Shown here: in pieces, positions 1-9,692 of the stretch
How the letters are laid out: each line of letters begins with the position of its first letter
Numbering within the stretch: the stretch's first letter is position 1
NCBI GenBank assembly: GCA_002269645.1
Contig: NIVC01001305.1
Span: forward strand, 1-33,556
Length of the DNA stretch: 33,556 bases
Direction of reading: 5' to 3'
Source of the DNA: Macrostomum lignano
Taxonomy: Eukaryota
Notes under the pieces: generated by a model
What the model was told of the DNA's origin: nothing
The model's input: the letters and a program-made list of their open reading frames with translations, nothing else
Databases searched by the model: none
Made by a program: the position numbers and the translations under genes

Positions 1-105
1 CAGTAGCATGATTTACCCTAACCCTACTGACAGTAGCATGACTCACCCTACCCTACTGACAGTATATTATTCACCCTAACCCTACTGTCAGTAGTATCGT
101 TCAGC
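1..105. repeat. Short ~29-30 bp tandem repeat (~3.5 copies), unit CAGTAGCATGATTTACCCTAACCCTACTGA
   Basis: Units start at 1, 31, 60 and 89. Each has CAGTAG...CTACTG self-complementary ends. It lies in the intron upstream of the first visible SLCO exon and is cut by the window edge. Confidence 0.75.
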
Positions 106-133
106 CTATCTTTCTCATAGGTAATTTATTCAG

Positions 134-3100
134 ACCTGAGCCAACGCCCTCTCGCACTTATCAGAGCTGCTGCAGTTCATCAAGGAGCTGTACAGCAACA
201 CGTGTTCCTGACGCTGTACCTCGCACAATATTCGAGTTCGCGAGCCTTCATCATTCTGATCGGCTATTTTCCCAAGTTTATCGAATCGCATTTCTACGTC
301 AATGCGAACACGGCAAATATTATGTCCAGTGAGTTGCTGGCAGACGCTTTTCAGGACAAATGTCAGACACATTTCAGGACAAATGTCACACACATTTCAG
401 GACAAATGTCAGACACATTTCAGGACAAATGTCAGACACATTTCAGGACAAATCTCAGACACATTTCAGGACAAATCTCAGACACATTTCAGGACAAATG
501 TCAGACACATTTCAGGACAAATCTCAGACACATTTCAGGACAAATGTCAGACGCTTTTCAGGAGAAATGTCAGACACATTTCAGGACAAATGTCAGACAC
601 ATTTCAGGACATGTCAGGCACAAATGTCAGGCACATTTTTGGACAATTCTCAGAAACATTTCAGGAAACATTTCATGACAAATCTCAGATGCATTTCAGG
701 ACAAATCTCAAACACATTTCAGGAAAAATCTCAGACACATTTCAGGACAAATCTCAGACACATTTCAGGACAAATCTCAGACACATTTCAGAACAAATCT
801 CAGACACATTTCAGGACAAATCTCAAATGCATTTCAGGACAAATCTCAGATGCATTTCAGGACAAATCTCAGACACATTTCAGGACAAATCTCAGATGCA
901 TTTTAGGACAAATCTCAGATGCATTTCAGGACAAATCTCAGACACACGTGAGGAATAATCTCAAAACATGTCAGGTCACATGTTAGACCCAGGAGTAATG
1001 TCAGACAGCCTGATCACCCACCACCCGCCACCATCTCAGGCGTGAGTCTGGCCGGAGCCTCGGCCCTGGCCATCATGATCAGCAGCCTGGTGTCGAAGGT
1101 GTTCCCCATGTCGGTGACGCACATGAGCCTGTACCACGCCGTTGTCAACACGATCTCGGCGACGGCATTCCCAGTGCTGTTTCTGTTCCGCTGCGACAAG
1201 GTGGACATGGTTGGGCCGCACAACTTTGAGCAGGACGGACAGCTGGCTGAAATGTGAGCAGCTTTGTAGTTTCGATAGAGTACGAAATGTACTTTAAACA
1301 TAGAATCGTGCATAAAATTAACTTTGGTGTCATTTCAGCGAAAGAAACACCAAGTCAGCACGTTTTAACGCGCAATATCATTCCCAGATATAATAAGAAC
1401 AGTAAAACAAAACTTCTACATTCTCTACAATATTGAGTAATCAAAACCTGATAATTGTCGAAAAACGGGCAGCTCGCAATGCGGCCCATTGCACAATAAA
1501 ATTCCGCATTCGACCCACCAGGACCTGCTACGACCCGGCCAGCTGTCCCAAGTACGCCTACAACCCCGTGTGCGTGGGCGGCCGCAGCTTCATGACCCCC
1601 TGCCTGGCCGGCTGCACCAAACTGCCCGACCTGAACGATACGACTGTGAGCTCTCCACAGGGAAAACACTTTTGACCCATCTGACCCACCCAAACCATTC
1701 TTGAACCAACTGACCCACCCAAACCAGTCTTGACCCAACTGACCACCCAAACCAGTCTTGACCCAACCGACCCACCCAAACCAGTCTTGACCCATCTGAC
1801 CCACCCGACCCGAGCCACTCTTGACCCAACTGACCCACTCGAGCCACTCTTGACCCAACCGACCCACCCAAACCAGTCTTGACCCATCTGACCCACCCGA
1901 CCCGAGCCACTCTTGACCCAACTGACCCACCCGAACCACTCTTGACCATACTGACCCACCCGAACCACTCTTAAACCAACTGACCCACCCAAACCAGTCT
2001 TGACCGATCTGACCCACCAGAACAGTCTTGATTCACTTGACCCACCTAAAACAGTCTTGACCCATCTGACCCACCAAAACAGTCTTGACCCATCTGACCC
2101 ACCAAAAACACTCTTGACCCATCTGACCCACCCAAGGCACTCTTGACCCATCTGACCCACCAAAACAGTCTTGACCCATCTGACCCACCAAAAAACACTC
2201 TTAACCCATCTGACCCACCCAAGGCACTCTTGACCCCTCTGACCCAGCTGGAAAAGATTCGAGCTCCCCAAACGCGGCCCACCCGCAGCCGGGCTACGCG
2301 AACTGCCTCTGCTCGAACCAGACCGGGTCGCCGGGCATCTGCGCACCCCAGTGCAGCAACGTGTACGCCTACCTGGTGCTGTTCTTCTGCATCAGGGTGG
2401 TTGGCACCATCGCGGCAGTGCAGTTCACCCTCATCATGATGAAGTAGGAGCTGAAACCATACGAGTAACCTATTGTGTCCAAATTCATTAGCTCAGCTTT
2501 CAAACACCGCTTCAGAATTCCCAGCTCGCGCGAGATGAAGCCGCTGGCCATGGGTTCGATTTCCTTTCTGTTTGGCCTGCTGGGTAAGCTGGCTTCATCC
2601 TGTAACCCCACCCCACCCAAACAAAGTTTATTTTTATAGCGTATATCGTCGGCGGTAAAAGTTTTCCATTTCTATTGACGCGTTCCATGCCACCTCTGTG
2701 TGCAACATGGCAAAGGACTCTCCACCCGATCCCTTCACGAAGACCTCGGCCTGTCTGTGGGGACTGTCCACTCGGTCCTTCACGAAGACCACCTGGGCCT
2801 GTCTGCATGGGGTCTGTTCACCCGGTCCTTCACTAAGACCTCGGCCTGTCTGTGGGGACTGTCCACCCGGTCCCTCACGAAGACCATCTGGGCCTGTCTG
2901 CATGGGGACTGTCCACCCGGTCCTTCACGAAGACCTCGGTCAGTCTGTGGGGACTGTCCACACAGTCCCTTCATGAAGACCTCGGCCTGTCTGTGGGGAC
3001 TGTCCACATGGTCCTTCGCGAAGACCCGGAAGCGGCCACATTTGGCCGAAAAAAGGTTGTTTTATCCACTGGGACAATGATGCCTCATTCACTCGGCAGT

Positions 3101-3817
3101 CAGGATGAGGGATTTTTGCCAGGAACTTCTTCAATATCGTCGATCGAGCATCAACCGAGCTCACGGGATCTGGGCCCAGCAGACTTTTGGTTGAAATGGG
3201 AGCTTTCCGGTATCCAGATTGTTGGCAACACAGTGCGAACCAAGTGGGAACGAGTCGTGAGGAGCCTTCAAACTGTCGCATTCGCCCAGACCCCACCACC
3301 GCAGGTGTGATCACTGCCCACCACCCCACCACCGCAGGTGTGATCACTGCCCACCACCCCACCACCGCAGGTGTGATTACTGCCCCACCACCCCACCACC
3401 GCAGGTGTGATCACTGCCCCACCACCCCACCACCGCAGGTGTGATCACTGCCCCACCACCCCACACCGCAGGTGTGATCACTGCCCCACCACCCTCACCA
3501 CCGCAGGTGTGATCACTCCCCCGGTAGCCGGAAAGCTCATTGACACGGTGTGCATCGTCGAGAATCCGTCATCAAGTGGGCGCAGCTTCTGCCTGTTCTA
3601 CGACACGGACCGGTTCCGGCAGCTGGTGCACGGCATCGGCGGCTGCTTCCAGGTGCCGTCCTGCCTGCTGTTCTTCCTCTCCTACTGGCTCAGCCGCAGC
3701 CGCTACCCAGTGGAGAAAGACGAGGTCACCCGGCAGAAGCTCCGGCGAGCTCAGAAGGCGGCGGAGGCTGGCGGCGGCACGGGCGAGGAGCTGCAGCGGC
3801 TGCCCACATCGGGGTAG
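134..3817 (+). CDS. SLCO: SLCO/OATP organic anion transporter, 3' part; exons ~134/141-328, 1040-1253, 1522-1645, 2289-2443, 2516-2583, 3507-3817 (stop TAG 3815-3817); 5' exons upstream of window
   Basis: GT-AG junctions have consistent phases (1,2,0,2,1). The spliced translation gives OATP motifs: GYFPKFIESHFYVNANTANIM, the Kazal-like loop CYDPASCPKYAYNPVCVGGRSFMTPCLAGC, NCLC...GICAPQC, MKPLAMG, and GVITPPVAGKLIDTVC...CLFYDTDRFR. The first exon has apparent indel(s) near 200 (see findings). The specific paralog cannot be assigned. Confidence 0.9.
341..950. repeat. 23-bp minisatellite (TTTCAGGACAAATGTCAGACACA, ~26 copies) filling SLCO intron 329-1039
   Basis: Period 23 (TCAGG at 351, 374, ...). 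It accounts for the three repetitive + strand ORFs with 23-aa periodicity. Confidence 0.95.
1668..2245. repeat. ~28-bp minisatellite (CTTGACCCATCTGACCCACCAAAACAGT, variable length) in SLCO intron 1646-2288
   Basis: Direct tandem units are visible; same family as 4325-5168. Confidence 0.95.
2732..3030. repeat. 45/50-bp minisatellite with alternating A-B-A-B-A-A units in SLCO intron 2584-3506
   Basis: Unit starts at 2732, 2777, 2827, 2872, 2922, 2968 and 3013 (periods 45,50,45,50,46,45). Confidence 0.9.
3291..3517 (+). repeat. 33-35 bp minisatellite (7 copies) that includes the 3' splice site of the last SLCO exon
   Basis: Unit ...CCACCACCGCAG|GTGTGATCACTGCC; AG at 3303, 3336, 3369, 3403, 3437, 3470 and 3505. 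The last copy runs directly into the conserved exon. Confidence 0.95.
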
Positions 3818-4324
3818 TTCAGACAGAGCCTGGGATCGAATCTTTATGACAAGAAACCGTTTCCATTGAAGTGGAAATGAAAAAGCCTGACTTTTGCAAT
3901 CGGAAAGCAAAACCCTTTGCCGAACAGAATACTCTAGACAGCTTATTCTCGATAAAGAATTTTGCAATCAAAGCGGACCTCCGATGACTCGCTGCTCGTC
4001 TGATACCGTAGGCCTAGGCAGGCGCAAGAATGAAAAGAATGAAGTAAGCAAGAATGAAGTATGAAAACCTTAGTAGTAGGAAACTAGAAGTCTTCCAAAT
4101 ACTGTGTACATGCATGCCTGTAGTTTCCCCATTAAGATTCACAGATTCTGCAGAACTTTGCCATTGCTGATCTTCAATGCTTCGGTAGTGCAACTCGTAG
4201 TTTACAGCGCAGATGCTATAAATATACGAGTGGAATTCAACACTGTCAACTTTTAAGAGCAAGGCACTTCTGACTCGGTGGCGAAAACCTCTTCCAACCA
4301 ATGCCTACTTCCGATACTTCCAAA

Positions 4325-5168
4325 CCGTCTGACCCACCGGATTCTTCTGGATCAAACGATGCTTGACTCATCTGACCCACCAAAACCCTCTTGACTCATC
4401 TGACCCACCAAAACACTCTTGACTCATCTGACCCACCAAAACCCTCTTGACTCATCTGACCCACCAAAACACTCTTGACTCATCTGACCCACCAAAACAC
4501 TCGTCTTGACTCATCTGACCCACCAAAACCCTCTTGACTCATCTGACCCACCAAAACCCTCTTGACTCATCTGACCCACCAAAACACTCGTCTTGACTCA
4601 TCTGACCCACCGAAACCCTCTTGACTTATCTGACCCACCAAAACCCTCTTGACTCATCTGACCCACCTAAACACTCTTGAATCATCTGACCCACCAAACC
4701 ACTTTTGACTCATCTGACCCACCAAAACCCTCTTGACTCATCTGACCCACCAAAACCCTCGTCTTGACTCATCTGACCCACCAAAACCCTCTTGACTCAT
4801 CTGACCCACCAAAACACTCGTCTTGACTCATCTGACCCACCAAAACCCTCTTGACTCATCTGACCCACCTAAACACTCTTGAATCATCTGACCCACCAAA
4901 CCACTTTTGACTCATCTGACCCACCAAAACCCTCTTGACTCATCTGACCCACCAAAACCCTCTTGACTCATCTGACCCACCAAAACACTCGTCTTGACTC
5001 ACCTGACGCAGCAAAAGCACTATTGACCCATGTGACCCAGACTCATCATAACAATCTTGACTTATCTGACCCACCAAAACACTCTTGACTCATCTGACCC
5101 ACCAAAACCAGTCTTGACTCATTTGACCCACCCAAAAAATTCTGACCCATGTGACCCAGACCCACCAA
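4325..5168. repeat. ~28-bp minisatellite (CTTGACTCATCTGACCCACCAAAACCCT, ~29 copies) between the SLCO and HMBS 3' ends
   Basis: Direct tandem units; variant of the 1668-2245 family. Confidence 0.95.
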
Positions 5169-6119
5169 AAATACGGTTGAAGTGTCTTAAAATTAGTTCG
5201 AATGACATCTCCGAAAAAAAGTGTAACAGGTAGCCATGAACATCTATCAGTTTATCAAGAAATCGTATGATGCAACAAGGTATTGATTTTGTGAACCAAC
5301 AAGTGTCTGCAAAGGCAGTTTATTTTGTATCAATGATGCGTCAAAAAGCACAGCGCGTGTTTAGCCAGCTACAAGTAATCGATTGCTTCAAGCTGGCAGC
5401 ACTCATCAAGAATGAGTTTGCAGGCAACTAAAAAGAGAACAGAATTAAACTGACGCACTCTGAGTGAGCTCAAAACAGAAACTACGGCTAAATAATGCAA
5501 GCGGATAAATATGGATCATTTAATGAACTGCTAAATAAATGGGACAGGCCAGCTGTTCGCTGAACAATATCCTGAAACTACTACTACGTTAGCTAGTATT
5601 TTAATCTAGTATTCTCGCTAATAAGTTTACAACATAACACAAATTCAATACCAATTCATGCGCCGCTTCGAAGCCAAATTTGAAATTAAAAAATGAAAAG
5701 CCAAAGAAAACTCTAAGAAATTCATTAAACTACGAGAAAAATCTGCTTTCGTTTTTCGCAACACCCGCAGCTGCCTACTGCCAAGCTGCTGGCAGTAGTC
5801 AGGATAGGAAAAAACAAGCGGGAAAATTTAGAATTTTCTCACAAGGTAATTATTCTCTTGCTCTTTCTACAAAAACATTAAATACAGCACAGCAGCATTA
5901 CTGAAGACGAAAGCTAAATATTCTAAAATTTTTGGGACATCTGACAGATGCTCACAACAGCTTTGGTGGCGCGGTCAGTTCCTACTGTGAGCCGAGCAGC
6001 GATTCAAGTTACGTAGGAGAAAATAAATAATCTATTTCAGTATTAAACAGCTCAGCTCCCAGCCCTGCACCGCACAGCTTCCAGCCCCATCAAACATCAC
6101 AGGGAGGCCAGCGGGCCCC

Positions 6120-8072
6120 TCAGCAGCTGGGCTGCGCGTTCGCCTGCGGCACAGGCGGCGCCAGCTTGCCGGCTGCCGATTTTGCCGCGGCCTTGGCGGC
6201 GGCCAGCACCGGCCCGGCGCCCAGCGCCAGCAGCCCGTCGGCCACTCGGCGGCCCAGCCGGACACAGGCGGCCAGATGGCGGCCGTCCCGCCCGTCTGGC
6301 TCCGGGTAGTGCAGCCCGATGAAGCGCTCGGGAGACTCCGCTGCCTCCGCCTCCGCCGCCTCGCCGGCCGACTGCCGACGTCGCTTCGCGGCTGGCGGCC
6401 CCGCCTCCTCCTCGTCAGCGTCCTCCGTCAGCGCCTCGTCAGAATCGAACTCGAACACCTCAGTGCCGTCCACCGACAGCACGCGCGCCTCCAGCTTGAG
6501 CCGGCGCGGCGCGTCACCGGCCGCCTCCGACCAGACAGAGCGAACTCCGAGCGGCACCGAGCAGCCACCGTCCAGGGCGCGCAGCAGACTGCGCTCCGCC
6601 ACCGCCTGCGGGCATTTGGGAATTCGAAACTGTTGAGGATATTCATGGAAACTGACCAGCCCCGCAAACTGGCACTGACCAGCCTCACAAACTGGCACTG
6701 ACCAGCCCCGCAAACTGGCACTGACCAGCCTCACAAACTGGCACTGACCAGCCCCGCAAACTGGCACTGACCAGCCTCACAAACTGGCACTGACCAGCCC
6801 CGCAAACTGGCACTGACCAGCCTCACAAACTGGCACTGACCAGCCCCGCAAACTGGCACTGACCAGCCCCATAAACTGGCACTGACCAGCCCCACAAACT
6901 GGCACTGACCAGCCCCATAAACTGGCACTGACCAGCCCCACAAACTGGCACTGACCAGCCCCACAAACTGGCACTGACCAGCCCCATAAACTGGCACTGA
7001 CCAGCCCCACAAACTGGCACTGACCAGCCCCATAAACTGGCACTGACCAGCCCCACAAACTGGCACTGACCAGCCCCATAAACTGGCACTGACCAGCCCC
7101 ACAAACTGGCACTGACCAGCCTCGCAAACTGGCACTGACCAGCCTCACAAACTGGCACTGACCAGCCTCACAAACTGGCACTGACCAGCCCCACAAACTG
7201 GCACTGACCAGCCTCACAAACTGGCACTGACCAGCCCCCGAAAAAACTGCACAAAGCCCCATCAGACTCCGCCCCCGCACCTCCAGGAAGCTGTCCCGGT
7301 GCAGCAGGGGCCGCAGCAGCCGCACAGTGTCCTGATCGTCATCGCGGCACTGCACAGCGAGGGCGCCCTGTCCCACAGCGGGCAGGCAGTGCTGCAGGCT
7401 GCAGGCGATGCGATCAGTCCAGCCCATGCGGACGAGACCAGCCTCGGCCAGGATCAGGCCGTCCAGCCCGCACTCCTGGGCGTTCAGCTTTCGCCACCGG
7501 GTGCCGAGGTTGCCGCGCACGGACTGGAAGCGGAGGCCCGGGTGCGCCCGGCTGAGCTGCGCCGAGCGGCGGAGGCTGGACGTGCCGATGACGGAGCCGG
7601 GCGGCAGGCCGGCCAGGTCCTTGACGCCGGCCTCCACGTGGCGCGGGTGCAGGACGAGGGCGTCGCGCGGCAGCTCCCGGCGCAGGATGCAGGGCACGGC
7701 CAGGCCATCCGGGCACTGGGTGGGCAGGTCCTTCAGCGAGTGCACCACCAGCTGCACCTGGCCGCTGAGCAGGGCGGCGTCCAGCTCCTGAGTGAACAGG
7801 CCTTTGTCGCCGATGTGGGACAGCGCCCTGTCCAGGATCTGGTCCCCGATGGTGTCCATGTGGACGATGCGGAACTGGCGGCCGCAGTCCGGGCCGAGCT
7901 GACGCAGCACCTCATGCGTCTGGCGCAGTGCCAACTCGCTGCGCCGCGAGCCCACCGAGACGACGGGCAGCGCCGATGCTGACACCGAAGCTGCAGAGTC
8001 CGCATCGCCAGCAGCTGAGCTCGCGCTCGCAGAGTCGCCGCCGCTGTCCGTCCTGACAGAGGCCGGCTGCAT
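6120..8072 (-). CDS. HMBS: Hydroxymethylbilane synthase (porphobilinogen deaminase), 2 exons: 8072-7281 and 6605-6120, ~425 aa
   Basis: Motifs GSRRSELALRQ, MDTIGDQILD, KGLFTQELD, VHSLKDLPT, GTSSLRR, SVRGN, PAVGQGALAVQCR, AERSLLRALDGGCSVP (cofactor-binding Cys). Phase-0 GT-AG intron 7280-6606. Confidence 0.97.
6651..7236. repeat. 23-bp minisatellite (GACCAGCCCCRCAAACTGGCACT, ~25 copies) filling the HMBS intron
   Basis: Period 23 (GACC at 6677, 6700, ...); source of the GWSVPVCGAGQCQF ORFs. Confidence 0.95.
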
Positions 8073-8188
8073 TGCTGATTGGCTGAGGATTTCTATTGGA
8101 ATTCAATAGAACTGCCAGTCCCCGAACTGCGGAACTGAAATCAGGTTTATTGACAGCTGCTTAGCCGCAGGCCTGCGATCGCTAATTT

Positions 8189-8690
8189 AACCCTAAATTA
8201 ATCCTAATCTGACCCTAATTCGACCCTAAGTTGATCCTAATGTGACCCTAAGTTGATCCTAATTCGACTCTAAGTTGATCCTAATGTGACTCTAAGTTGA
8301 TCCTAATGTGATCCTAAGTTGATCCTAATGTGACTCTAAGTTGATCCTAATGTGACTCTAAGTTGATCCTAATGTGACTCTAAGTTGATCCTAATGTGAC
8401 CCTAAGTTGATCCTAATGTGACTCTAAGTTGATCCTAATGTGACTCTAAGTTGATCCTAATGTGACCCTAAGTTGATCCTAATGTGACTCTAAGTTGATC
8501 CTAATGTGACTCTAAGTTGATCCTAATGTGACTCTAAGTTGATCCTAATGTGACTCTAAGTTGATCCTAATGTGACCCTAAGTTGATCCTAATGTGACTC
8601 TAAGTTGATCCTAATGTGACCCTAAGTTGATCCTAATGTGACTCTAAGTTGATCCTAATCAGACCCTAAGTTGATCCTAATTTGATTAGG
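8189..8690. repeat. 22-bp minisatellite (GACYCTAAGTT-GATCCTAATGT) built from two diverged 11-mers, just upstream of HMBS
   Basis: The two 11-bp half-units alternate regularly; the left end is more degenerate. Confidence 0.92.
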
Positions 8691-9692
8691 TCAGCAAATA
8701 AATAAGAAGTCAGCTCAGCTGAGCTATAGACAGCAAATATATTATCTGCAGTGGAATCAGCCATAGGTAAAATTATGTGTACAAAAATAAAAAGAGTCAA
8801 TAATTAGGAGAACAAACCTGACTAAACAAAGGAATAGAAAAAGCTGTGCACCAAAGTCTTTAAGGCGGTTGACAAAACATGCACAGATATAGTGTAGCCA
8901 GTGCAGCAAAGCAGATATAGACAATATCGGAGCGTGGGAAATGCCCCGCTTCTGTGCCGCTCGCCAAGCAGAACAGCAGAACAGTAAAAAAGAGAATTTT
9001 TGTAGGATTTATTTGACTCTATTTGAAAATCTACCCTCCCTGCAGACTGGATTGAATGCGAAGGCCGTATGCGAGAGATTCAGATAAGATAGCACATACA
9101 CTGGCATTGCAGCCAGTGCGTAAATCTCCTGCAATCGCTAAAATACAATTTGAGCAAAGGAAAAGTGGCTGGCTGCTCAATAAACAATCTTGATTGGAAT
9201 TATTTTGCAGCTGGTTGGCTGCTGTTTTTTATTGAATTTGCTGCTCGCTGAGCAAAACAGTCAACCCCACGGCGACACTTGAGATTTATCTAGCAGAATA
9301 ATTTACTTTTTCTTAACCCATATACTACTTACAGTATCTTTGAAGAGTGTGCTTCTTAGTATTGAAAAAACAAGTCAATTTAATCCAAGTGAACTAGCGA
9401 GTGATAGTTATTACGAGCATTACTACACAAGGAAAGATGAGGGACTAATAAAACCGAATAGAAAAGCATGTCATTATTAATTTAAACAGGCAATACAGGC
9501 TCAAAGTGAGGGGCTAATTAAATATCAAAGTAGAATTTCAGCTCTTTAAGAACTTTAAAATGGATTATTTCAATCCAGGTGTTTTATTTTTCAAACGTCC
9601 ATGGCTAACGCTACGGAGTTGAATTAACACTACTATTAGTAGTACTTGAGTCAATACTACATAACTACTTGTGCAGGTAGGCATCAGTAGTC

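Noticed and set aside
202-986. Long ORFs with FQDKCQTHFRTN repeats (and similar ORFs at 1355-2346, 6428-7158, 10723-12511, 32426-32656)
   Set aside because: They are translations of intronic minisatellites, open in several frames at once and lying inside GT-AG introns of well-supported genes.
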